NCBI GenBank assembly: GCA_965603825.1
Contig: CBFDEM010000058.1
Span: 558,001-622,000, forward strand
DNA length: 64,000 nucleotides
Direction: 5' to 3'
From: Blepharisma stoltei ATCC 30299
Taxonomy: Eukaryota > Protista > Ciliophora
Shown one piece after another: positions 26,475 through 36,478 of the stretch. Made by a program: the position numbers and the translations under genes. Under the pieces are notes generated by a model. The model saw nothing but the letters and a program-made list of their open reading frames with translations. It had not been told where the DNA came from and did not search any database. Positions within the stretch are counted from its first letter, which is position 1. Every line of letters begins with the position of its first letter.

Positions 26475-27395
26475 TTACCTACTTTTTGCAAGAACTAATG
26501 CACAGTGTGGACATCTATGAACTCTTAATTTACTCAGTCACACTGGTATTTGGCAGCATGCAAAAAATGATGAGAATATTTTTAAAACTCTTCCTGGCAC
26601 TTTTTTGCTTAAAAATTCTATTTTGGTGTGTACGTACATCTTACAAAAATCACAATACACAGAACTGGGCATATTTCCTAGAACAGGTAAAGGATTTCTC
26701 TCATATGATTGCCTTGAATTTCTAATAGAGTTTATTTGCTTTTCATCATTTTTTAGTGCCTTTTCAGCACTTTTATTTATTCACGTTTCTTCACCCATTT
26801 CACATTTATTTGATTTTCTAGCCTCTTTTTGGTTTCCAAAAATTTTGGAATTCGTTAAATCATCACCAAACCCTATATATATAACAGAATCTGCATCACT
26901 GGCATGCCTTATATGGCATTTTGGGCTTTGATTCCTACTTCCTGCATTACTGCCTCCTTCTTCACTTGGTGCTTTGCTTGTATTTCTAGTTGAAATATTA
27001 AAATCTTTTATTCTGGATTGCAAAGAAACTTCTTGGATTAATTGCTCAGCAGATATTTCTTCAACTGTACAAATGCTTCTTTTTCTTTGATGCGATCCTC
27101 GTCTATAATGCTGAGGAGGAACTGGGGCATTTTCTTTATAATCTAATAACTTCCCAGCTTTTATTTGAAATAAATCTTCTCTTTGAGAGCTGGACGATAG
27201 AAAACTTTCTGATAAAATTTCTTCAAGATTTTCAGCATTTTGTGTGTATCTTCGCTCTGAATTTTGTGATCTATGGTGAGGTTTTTGATCTGAATTTGTA
27301 AATATGCAAGCACTCATTGGTCTTTCCAGATTTTCTGGGACTGGAGTTGATAAAGGATCATAAATTTTTTCAAGACTTATGCGATTTGATATCAT
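26475..27395 (-). CDS. LITAF-like zinc-ribbon domain protein (306 aa)
   Basis: Reading TGA 26781 as Trp reveals PSSVYCDFCKMYVHT, a hydrophobic segment FSSFFACCQIP, and HRCPHCALVL; TAA at 26475-26477. Confidence 0.8.
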
Positions 27396-27485
27396 TATTT
27401 CCGTTAAACTTATTAGTTTTAAATTTTCATATTTTTTGAATTATTAAATATTATTAATCTACAAAATTACATCTAAAGACATAGC

Positions 27486-28952
27486 TTACTCATTAATTAT
27501 TCTCTCTAGCTTATCATTATAAAGTATTGTCAATGCTGGCAAAGAGTCCTTTTCTTTCTTCGACTGTTTTAATAATTTTCTTGTTTTGCTGGCTAATGAT
27601 GTTGAGCTCATAAATTCAGGGATCACGTTAACAGGCCTCTCACTTCCTGCAACATCACTTTTTATATTGAATTTTGTAATGTTTCTTAAAGTATGCTTCA
27701 AAACGCTCTCTGATTTTACACTCACCATTGAACCCATTTTAGAAGGACTCATACGATTCAATGTAGTTCTAGACACTGTGCTTTGAGATGGATGGAATGC
27801 TGGGGCCGTGTGAACTTCTAAAGACCTTCTCCTTGATAGAGCTCTTTTATTTTCTTTTAAAAACTCCTGCATCTTCCTCGACTTGTTTTTTATTCTTCTC
27901 AGTTCGTCTCTAGTTTCCCCAACTTTCAATGCTAATCTGCTTGATAAATTTTGATTTTTTGTGATATCATGAATATGCAATCTTATTTCTTTATCGAGCC
28001 TTGTTTTCGCATTCTGCATTTTAATTTTCAATTTATTGAGAGCCGCAGTATTTTTCATGAGTGCGAATTGGACTTCTTTTTCTTGCTCCTTTAGCAATTT
28101 TTTTCGTTTTTTGTCTTGTTCAGACAAAATCTTGTTTTCTACTCGATTTTGCTCTTCAATTTCTAATGTTTCTAACTCCGTTCTGATTTGATGAGCTTCT
28201 GCATATCTTTCATTGATAGCAACTAATTTTTCTCTTGTTTGCAGCTCTCTTAAAATCGATTTGGGCTTAACTTTCACAAATTCCACATCTTTCTGCATCC
28301 TTATATTAAGTTCTTCCATTTCTTGAGTATGCTGCTGTTTAAGTGCTTCCATATTTTTTTGGCATTTTATTTCAAAATCTCTAAAAATCCTGTCCCAATC
28401 CTGTGCAAATTCTTCTTCTTTTTGTATCCCAATTTCTTGATAAATCGATAATTCTTTTTGATGAGTTCTCTGTCTCAGAATATTTTGGTAATTTAAAATA
28501 TCAGCTTCCAGCAATCTTACAGATTTCATCATATCTCTATACAGCCCATATTCATGAATATTCATCAATTCATCAGCTATCAACTGCATGCGCTCTTTTA
28601 TGATGGAAAACATCAAAATCTGCTCATCTTCATTGATGAAACCGTCCTCATCTTCATCCAATACATCTAAAAGTTCCTCTACATTATGAACTAGCAGCAA
28701 ATCTGACAGATTTTTGCTCTGCCTGTCAACAAGTATGGTTAATGCTGCATCATTTAAATTCCCGTCTTTTTTAAAATCTGCAACCTGCAAGGTTTCTCAT
28801 AATTCTTTGCATTTTAAATGAGCGTCTAAAAGAGGTTTGGCTTCTGATAAAACTTTAGCTTTTTGCTGTGCGGAAACTGAGGTCGAAAAATTGGTCCTTG
28901 CCGTCGTAATTCTTTTTGATGAAGTCTCATCAAGGAAACGTGTTTTTAACAT
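27486..28952 (-). CDS. EF-hand plus long coiled-coil protein (488 aa)
   Basis: ORF extends through TGA 28797-28799 to ATG 28952; EF loop DEDEDGFINEDE. Confidence 0.8.
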
Positions 28953-28985
28953 TTATTGTGTGAATAAAAATAAGAATAAATAACG

Positions 28986-30197
28986 ATGGAGTCAGAGAAA
29001 GAAAAATTAATTCAGGCGTTTATTGATTATAATGTGATTTTTATGGAGTTTGTGAGAGAAGTAAATACAAATTTTAAGGGCTGGAGGAGGATTTATGAGA
29101 CTTTTAATTATAGAGTGGAAGATTTAAAAAGACAGTATGCAGAAGTTTTAGAGGAAAATGAATTTATGGTGACTGGGTATGATTTGTTGTCGGCAAATAA
29201 AGATTGGTTGAAAGTTATTTTGTATTATGCATTTAATCAGCATTGAAAAGAATTCTACCGCCCATATGAATATTTTAAAAATAAAAGGCACAAGAATGAC
29301 TTGATTTCTTATATGAATGCACTCATATCTACCGAATTTCTAGATTTAGCATTGAATAATACAGATGATGAGCTGCTAACATCAGTACTAAGAACGTCAA
29401 TGCTCTATTTTTATACGAAAGCGCCAAATTCATGAGTTATTCAATTTAATCAGCTGAGAGACAATTTTAAGTCTTCTGTTTTCATCAGAGGAGATCTAGA
29501 AATTAAAGAAAGACTTCGAGAACTTTCTCAAAAAAGCGTGATTTTGTCAGCTTTTGGGCAGCTTAAAGCTTTGTATTCTGATTTAGAAATAACTTCAACT
29601 TGCCAGGAATTATTCAACTACACAGCTGACAATTTTTGCTATTGCCCATTACCTTCGAATCTATATGGTCTAACTGCTTATGGAAATCATATTTTTATTA
29701 ATACCTCCTTAAGACCCTATTCCAGCAACCAGCAAGTAGCCTCTCTCATAACTTTAATACATGAGTGTGCCCACCTTTCCTGAAGAATAGGAAAAGATAG
29801 AAATATATATTTCAATAATACACCTACAAGGGAAATAATGTACGGCAAGCAAAATGCCACCGAATCTGAAATTGGCAACCAATTCGAATTTCTTGTGTTT
29901 GGAACAAACTTAAAACAAATAAATGATTACTCAGTAGAGTTTTTGTGGAATATCGAGAATTGAGACCTACCTCATGATGAATTTAAGAAGAGATTAAGAA
30001 TAGCGTTAAATAGAGATACAACTGTGTGCGGGGCAGGATTTACAGTAGGAAAAACAGCATGCTCAGGAGAAGGAACATATATTGGATCATGCTATACATC
30101 ATTTGGAGTTTCAAAAATAAATTATGAAGATAAAGATAAAGGAACTGAAGAAAGTGGAGGTGAAGAAGAACTAGAAGATGAGGGTGAGCAAGAATAA
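28986..30197 (+). CDS. HEXXH zincin-like metalloprotease-domain protein (403 aa) with acidic tail
   Basis: With TGA=Trp one ORF. GLTAYGNHIFIN...TLIHECAH...ESEIGNQFEFLVFG; TAA 30195-30197. Confidence 0.75.
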
Positions 30198-30298
30198 AAT
30201 TGTTATAAATAGATATTTTATAAACATAAAATAGTTTAAAAAAATTAATAATTAAATTCTTAAGATTTTGGGGTTTTTATCATTCTATATAAAATTCG

Positions 30299-30913
30299 AT
30301 GGATAAAAGTAGAGGTGAATATGCCCGCCTAATAAAATTGCTGATGATTGGAGATGCAGGTGTAGGGAAAACAAGCATTCTATACCGCTTTTCTGAGGAT
30401 ATTTTCCGACCTCCTAGTCTTGCCACGCTTGGGATTGATTTAATAAAAAAAGAAATTACCATAGAAGGAGAAAATATAAAACTCCTAATCCAGGATACTC
30501 CTGGTCAAGAGCGTTTTAGATCAATAACTCAAAGTTATTACAAAGGGGCAATAGGTGCAATACTCGTTTATGATTGCACTGATAAAAAATCCTTTAACAG
30601 CATTCTTAATTGGGCTGATCAAATAAAAAATCTAGGTAATGAAATTACCGAAATGACTCTTATTGGAAATAAATGAGATAGACCAGATAAAAAAATTACA
30701 ACTGATGAAGGAAAAGCCTTAGCAAGAGAGCTTGGAATTAGTTTTTTGGAAGCCAGTGCTAAGAAAAATATTAATGTTGATAAAATATTTTATGATATAG
30801 CCAAAGCTATCAAAAATAAAAGATTAAACAAATCTAAAGCTGTCAATGCTAAAGCTATGAAAAATGATCCTAATACCAATAATTGCTGTTTTAACTCTTG
30901 TAATTTGTTTTAA
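30299..30913 (+). CDS. Rab-family GTPase (Rab8/Sec4-like, divergent), 204 aa
   Basis: GDAGVGKT, DTPGQERFRSIT, YYKGA, NK(W)D, EASAK; C-terminus CCFNSCNLF. Confidence 0.9.
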
Positions 30914-30935
30914 TTTCTAATTTGTTCTGATAAAA

Positions 30936-31547
30936 ATGAATTGGCCAGCATTGGAAAGTGACCCCGAAATTTTCACTTCTTACTTCCGCTCTATCGGTCT
31001 AAGCCAAAACTACGAGTTTGCTGAAGTTTTTACCCTCGAGGAAGAAATTCCTTGTGAAGCTGTAATCTTGGCTTACAACTACACCGGTGAAAATCCTCCT
31101 TTTGAAGGTGAGCAAATTGGATCACAATATTTCATCAAACAAGTTAACACCTTAGACAACGCTTGCGGACTAATTGCTTCAATACATGCCATCCTTAACT
31201 CAAACATAGAAGTAGCTGAAGGAAGCATTTTATCTGAACTAAAAGAAGGAGTTCGTGATAAATCTCCTGAAGATGCTGCAGCGTGGCTTATACACCATGA
31301 AGGGCTCCATAACACCCATAGACAATATGCTCAAGAAGGACAGTCTAACATCACTGATGCTCCAAATTATCATTTTGTTGCAGTGATGCCTGGCTTTGTG
31401 CTGTATGATGGGCTAAAACAGTCACCAATTCGTCTGAATTGTGAAGGAAGCTTGAGCTTGGGATTCTTCAGGCATGTTCAGCACTTGCTAGAAAACAATA
31501 GAATTTCTGAAGACATGAACATTATGGTTCTTAAAAGCACTAATTAA
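30936..31547 (+). CDS. ubiquitin C-terminal hydrolase, peptidase C12 (UCHL3-like)
   Basis: WPALESDPEIF, FIKQ..NACG (Cys), YHFVA (His), YDGLK (Asp). Confidence 0.92.
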   Translation: MNWPALESDPEIFTSYFRSIGLSQNYEFAEVFTLEEEIPCEAVILAYNYTGENPPFEGEQIGSQYFIKQVNTLDNACGLIASIHAILNSNIEVAEGSILSELKEGVRDKSPEDAAAWLIHHEGLHNTHRQYAQEGQSNITDAPNYHFVAVMPGFVLYDGLKQSPIRLNCEGSLSLGFFRHVQHLLENNRISEDMNIMVLKSTN

Positions 31548-31565
31548 GGTTAGGATTTATATTAA

Positions 31566-32663
31566 TTATTGTATTTTGCAAGACCCTCCGCATTTTTCTG
31601 CATATAAATCGGAGATTGAAGTCCTCATTATAGATAGCTCTTGTAAGGTTTTTTCAAGGGAAAAGGTTATGGTTTTTGGAGAAGGAGAAGGATTTATTCG
31701 AGACTGAGCAGCAAGCAGTATCATAGCAAGGCTTATTTCGCTCTGAGAAATCATGATGGTGAAGACTTGATTTAGTTGAATGATTTCTGCTTCGATTTGC
31801 GAAGTGAGCTTGGCTATAGCTTGCATTGACGAGTTTTCCAAAATTTGTTTTAATTCTTTGTTTTCTCTCTGCAATTTGCTATAGTTTTCTTCGATTAGTT
31901 TTATTTGTTTAGTTAAATCTTCTAAATAGTTGCCTGTAATGAGCGAAATATCATTACTATTTTTTTCTTTGTATAACATTTCCAAATCCAATATTTTTAT
32001 CTCTAATTCTTGTTTTTCCTTTAAAAACTGTTCTGTCAGTTCTTTTTTTTGCATTTTCAAGTTAAATTCCAAGTCTTTTATCTTTTCGTCCTTATCTTTA
32101 TCAAATCCTGAATTTTGAGTTTCCAGTAAGTTTTTGAAATTTTTTTCGCTTTCTTTTAATAGGGCATTTATATTTGCTATCCTATCATCTTTTTCTCTGG
32201 ACTCTTTTCGCAAATTGGCTATTTTTTCCCTTAGCTCTTGCATAACTTCCTTATTTTGTGCGAGCTCATTTTTTAGCCGTAAATTTTCGCTTTCAAGTTT
32301 TTTGATAGCCTCTTTATTATCCCTAAATTCATTGTCAAGCGGACTAACATCTTCTCGGTAAAGTTGACTCAACGATAAAGCGCTCCTAGAATAAGCAGAA
32401 AAATTATTCAAAACTGGTGATGAGTTACGACTTGGCGAATTGCATTGTGATTTGTTTATGGATCTTGATAGAGTTGACGATGTGGTAGAAGGTGACTGTG
32501 GGTGGCCGGTAGAATTTAAACTTGATACAGAAGACCTTTCAATTTGATATTTAAAGTTAGGTGTCCCACATTCTTTGCCATGTGTTGGCTTCGGAGGAAG
32601 TGTTAATCTTGATATAGGGATTTTGGGTTTTTCAGCTGATTTAGAAATCTCTTTTCTATACAT
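31566..32663 (-). CDS. coiled-coil hypothetical protein (365 aa), possible CaaX (CKIQ)
   Basis: Long ORF with heptad-rich E/K/L composition. Confidence 0.75.
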   Translation of the reverse strand: MYRKEISKSAEKPKIPISRLTLPPKPTHGKECGTPNFKYQIERSSVSSLNSTGHPQSPSTTSSTLSRSINKSQCNSPSRNSSPVLNNFSAYSRSALSLSQLYREDVSPLDNEFRDNKEAIKKLESENLRLKNELAQNKEVMQELREKIANLRKESREKDDRIANINALLKESEKNFKNLLETQNSGFDKDKDEKIKDLEFNLKMQKKELTEQFLKEKQELEIKILDLEMLYKEKNSNDISLITGNYLEDLTKQIKLIEENYSKLQRENKELKQILENSSMQAIAKLTSQIEAEIIQLNQVFTIMISQSEISLAMILLAAQSRINPSPSPKTITFSLEKTLQELSIMRTSISDLYAEKCGGSCKIQ

Positions 32664-33166
32664 AATTTAATTTATTCTCAGGAAAATTAATTGAAAATGG
32701 TCCGAAAAAGGTGCCGATAAATGAAAAATAACAAACAGAATTTTTTGTCTTAAAATTTCTACTCTGAAGATATGAAATAATATTTCAGAAATAATAAGCC
32801 TATGATAAAATAATTATCATGGAATATTAAAATTTATCTATATTAATAATCCTAATTTTTTTAATTAGAATGAATATTTTTAATTAAATTTAATTAGATA
32901 AATCTAATCTTCTAAAAGTTTAATGCTTTTCTTAATATTCGAAATAAAGTTAATGATAGAATGAGTTAAAAATTTAGATACTATAACTATTAGAGTAGAT
33001 TTCTTAATAATAAAATATCTAAGCTTTTAAATTATCCAATTTAAAATACAATTTTTCTTCAAAAAATAATTATTTATCGCCAGCTTCAAGAGATTTCTAA
33101 GAAAATTATTTAATCTGGAAATTCTGAAATTTTATATATTTTTTTAAACGCTGCCAGAATCTGAAA

Positions 33167-34180
33167 ATGGCTGAACTGCCAAACCTAATTCGAAGATACC
33201 ATTTTTATGCTTTGCCGCATGTTATGAAGATTTTAAATTTAAAAATAATAAGTATAATGATGATATCAGAAAATCCAGAAATTCTTCCTTCAAAGAGAAA
33301 CAGATCAGTAACACCAAGACTCCGAAGAAAGCCACTTCGTGCTTTATCTCAAAACCTCAGCAATAAATTTGACGATCCAGATTTAAAAGACTGTCAAAAT
33401 CCACACTCACTCCCTTATTACGCTTGTGAAATTTTTGATAATCTTCATAAATCAGAAACCAAATTTATGGTAAATCCAAGCTATATGGATCTTCATACCG
33501 AAATTAATTATAAAATGCGCGCAATTCTCATAGATTGGCTTGTAATTGTACACTATAAGTTTAAGTTTACTCCAGAAACTTTATTTATAACGGTGAATAT
33601 ATTAGACAGATATCTATCGTTGAAAAATGTAAGTAAACACCATTTACAGCTAGTAGGTGTTACATCTTTATTTATAGCTTCCAAATATGAAGAAATACAC
33701 CCTCCTGCTATATCAAATTTAGTAGCATTAACTGACAATGCTTACACAAAAGAACAAATTATCGAGATGGAAGGAGATATTTTAAGAGCTTTGGATTTTC
33801 AAATCACAAACCCATCCGTATTACGGTTTTTTGAAAGAATGCACAAGCTAGCACTCAGCGATCTAGCTTTTGATAATATAGAAATGTATTTAGGCCGATA
33901 TTTAATTGAATTAAGCCTAATTGAATATTTTATGCTGAAATATAAACCGTCACTGATTGCTGCTTCAGCTGTATATTTATCAAGAAAACTTCTAAACATT
34001 CAGCCAGCATGGAACCCTATATTAGATAAACATTCAAGAACAGATGAAAATCTGCTGAAGCAATGCGCAAAAGATTTATTTGTTTTATTTCAGTCCGCCC
34101 AATATCACAGTTTAACAAGTATCCGTGAAAAATATTCGAAAATAGAACTGATGGAGGTTTCTCAACTGAAAGTTTCTTAA
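33167..34180 (+). CDS. mitotic (A/B-type) cyclin; true start may be ATG ~33257
   Basis: Cyclin box MRAILIDWL, LQLVGVTSLFIASKYEEIHPP; D-box-like RKPLRALSQN. Confidence 0.92.
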   Translation: MAELPNLIRRYHFYALPHVMKILNLKIISIMMISENPEILPSKRNRSVTPRLRRKPLRALSQNLSNKFDDPDLKDCQNPHSLPYYACEIFDNLHKSETKFMVNPSYMDLHTEINYKMRAILIDWLVIVHYKFKFTPETLFITVNILDRYLSLKNVSKHHLQLVGVTSLFIASKYEEIHPPAISNLVALTDNAYTKEQIIEMEGDILRALDFQITNPSVLRFFERMHKLALSDLAFDNIEMYLGRYLIELSLIEYFMLKYKPSLIAASAVYLSRKLLNIQPAWNPILDKHSRTDENLLKQCAKDLFVLFQSAQYHSLTSIREKYSKIELMEVSQLKVS

Positions 34181-34204
34181 TTTTAAGTTAAACGTCTTTT
34201 TTAT

Positions 34205-35746
34205 TTATTCACTAAATACGACAGAAGTTTTGCAGAGAGGGCATAAACAACTTCTATGCAGCCATTCATCGATGCAAGTGGTGTGGAACATATGAACTAT
34301 ATAAAAATTACAGCAAGGTAAAGTTTTTACTATTTCTCCAATAGCATAAGGCTCTAAGCAAACCATACATTTTGATGCTTCAGCATCCTCTGGAATACTT
34401 GACAAGCATTTCACTGGCAAAGATTGAATTACCTCTTCAGGCGCACTCATAGTTTGTGGCCCTCCAATAGCAGCCATTGACTGATTCAAGCTCATGATAT
34501 GCCTTGCAAGAATTTCCATGGGGTCTTCCCACATATGATTTCTTCTGACATATAAGCTTCCGCCACTAAACATTATTTGTGGAGGCTCTCCAATATATCT
34601 TCTTGCTAGGCTACCATCATATTTAATTTGGGTGTTATCAAAAATCACTCCTCGTGTGGGCCATGCATCAGCAACTAGAAACCCAACGCCGTCAATGGTG
34701 ATTACTTGTCCTTGGTAAACGACTCTTCTCATGCCTTGGACATACGGCATAATAAAATCGCATATAATTTCTTCAATTAGTTCATCTCTTTTAAGAGTAT
34801 GATAATGGAATGAGAGATCCTCAAGAAAAGGAATCAAAGAAACCCTTTGCAAAGGCTGCAATGAGTCATTTCCGAAATAAAACTGAGTGTTTTGACTAAT
34901 CAGCCCATCAATAGGCTGCCCTGCAGTTACAATAAACTCCATTGAGTTAATATACAAGTAGTCTCCTATATGTAGATGTCTTGGCTTTTTTCTCAGCACT
35001 GGCTGCAAAGTATTTCGAAAAACTGATTCATTTAATACGCTTGGCCAGATGGGCAAAATCTGTACTCTTTCCATCGTATGCATCACTAAGACATCTGAGC
35101 ATCTAATCACAGTTTCTTCAGTCACAACTCCAAAACTTGGAAAACACCCCAAAACCTTAAATTTTGCATCCCCATACGCAAAATAATCCCCAATCCCTAA
35201 ACATCTTAACCTCGCCTTAAAGTACGGTGCTAAATAATAATTAAAAATTGTCGGAAAATTTGATCTTCCTCCTATCATAAATTCCAAAGGAATTCCTTCT
35301 CTAAACATCCCCAATGTGATACTAATTAGCTCAGGAATAAATTTTCCTGTTGGTTTACTATTAATCTCAATAAAATTGTTTTTGAATTCGGTTCTTGATA
35401 ATGGCTGATCTTTGATTATTTGTAAAACATCATCTTCATTCCGTTTATAACAAACTCCGCAGTCACAATACACTCTTTTGCATAGTCCTCCGTCAAAGCA
35501 TTTTTTATTGCAGCTTGGACAGTCAAATTGTAAGGATTTTGATAGAGGAGGTTCACTTAATGTTGCATATTTTGGAGTAAACTGGACATCAAAATAAATA
35601 GATTTTCGGACTAGACCATGGCCAAATATCTCCCACATTCCAGATGTCATTGGCCGATGAGATTCAGCGGTAAACGAATTTTTGGGGTTATAGATTTCGC
35701 TTTCTATTTCTGGAATATCATCAAACAGACTGTCTATATTTCCCAT
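34205..35746 (-). CDS. RING-H2 E3 ligase with N-terminal Cys cluster and repeated CDC48/UFD1-N-like modules; one 15-nt intron
   Basis: CMVCLE...LPCFHMFHTTCIDEWL..CPLC after splicing 34297-34311. Confidence 0.85.
   Translation of the reverse strand: MGNIDSLFDDIPEIESEIYNPKNSFTAESHRPMTSGMWEIFGHGLVRKSIYFDVQFTPKYATLSEPPLSKSLQFDCPSCNKKCFDGGLCKRVYCDCGVCYKRNEDDVLQIIKDQPLSRTEFKNNFIEINSKPTGKFIPELISITLGMFREGIPLEFMIGGRSNFPTIFNYYLAPYFKARLRCLGIGDYFAYGDAKFKVLGCFPSFGVVTEETVIRCSDVLVMHTMERVQILPIWPSVLNESVFRNTLQPVLRKKPRHLHIGDYLYINSMEFIVTAGQPIDGLISQNTQFYFGNDSLQPLQRVSLIPFLEDLSFHYHTLKRDELIEEIICDFIMPYVQGMRRVVYQGQVITIDGVGFLVADAWPTRGVIFDNTQIKYDGSLARRYIGEPPQIMFSGGSLYVRRNHMWEDPMEILARHIMSLNQSMAAIGGPQTMSAPEEVIQSLPVKCLSSIPEDAEASKCMVCLEPYAIGEIVKTLPCCNFYIVHMFHTTCIDEWLHRSCLCPLCKTSVVFSE
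34297..34311 (-). other. 15-nt intron gtaatttttatatag
   Basis: Removal converts LPCCNFYIVHMFH to the canonical RING-H2 spacing LPCFHMFH. Confidence 0.9.
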
Positions 35747-35870
35747 TAAATAATTTTATATTGTAAAAAAGTCACAATCTGTCCAATTTCTATTTTTTTC
35801 ACAAATAATTTTGACTTTCAGAGAAAATTGTGTTTGAAATTTGATTAGTATGTTAATTATAAATTTGGGC

Positions 35871-36364
35871 ATGGTAAAGAACAGTCACAAGATATCCCTT
35901 CCGAAGAGAAAAGCAAAGATCCACTCAAATGAAGAATTGCCACTACCTAACAACCACAAAAATCACAATAGTTCTCCTCAAAACAACCACGAAAATCAAA
36001 TTAGGACTCCTTCAATTAAGAGTAAACTTTTTATAGAGAAATTGATATTGAAGATCTAGCTTCAGACTCCTACACAAGTGAAGATTGTACAGATTCAGAC
36101 TCATATGAGTATATCCACTCCACAATGGAAAAAATTGAATACTTAGTCCGCGCCAACCCAGATATAAGAAAAATCAAAGGAAATAGGAGGTCAACTGATA
36201 ATATACACACAAATAATAAAACAGCGAAAAACCTGGAAAAGGGATTGAGCGCCTTGAAGTTTTTTGTCCCTGAAGATGTGATGGATGAATATCGAACTGA
36301 AGGAATTGATATACTTCCGTGACCTATAGACAAAGCTGAACGAAATCTTTATTTCAGCTTATAA
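35871..36364 (+). CDS. small hypothetical protein, probably spliced near 36022-36038
   Basis: ATG 35871 ORF and downstream ORF (ends TAA 36362-36364 with TGA=Trp) are in different frames around an intron-like gtaaactttttatag(ag). Confidence 0.45.
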
Positions 36365-36478
36365 TAGGTTTACATAATTGATTAAATTTGTTAAGATAAA
36401 TAAATGGAGTGTTCAAAATAAAATTAATGAAAAATCAGCATAAAATTATCCATTTATGAATTGGGTATAATTTATTAA

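Noticed and set aside
30674-30676. UGA=Cys (Euplotes code) or selenocysteine, suggested by Rab NK(TGA)D
   Set aside because: An isolated case; numerous other TGAs sit at invariant Trp positions.
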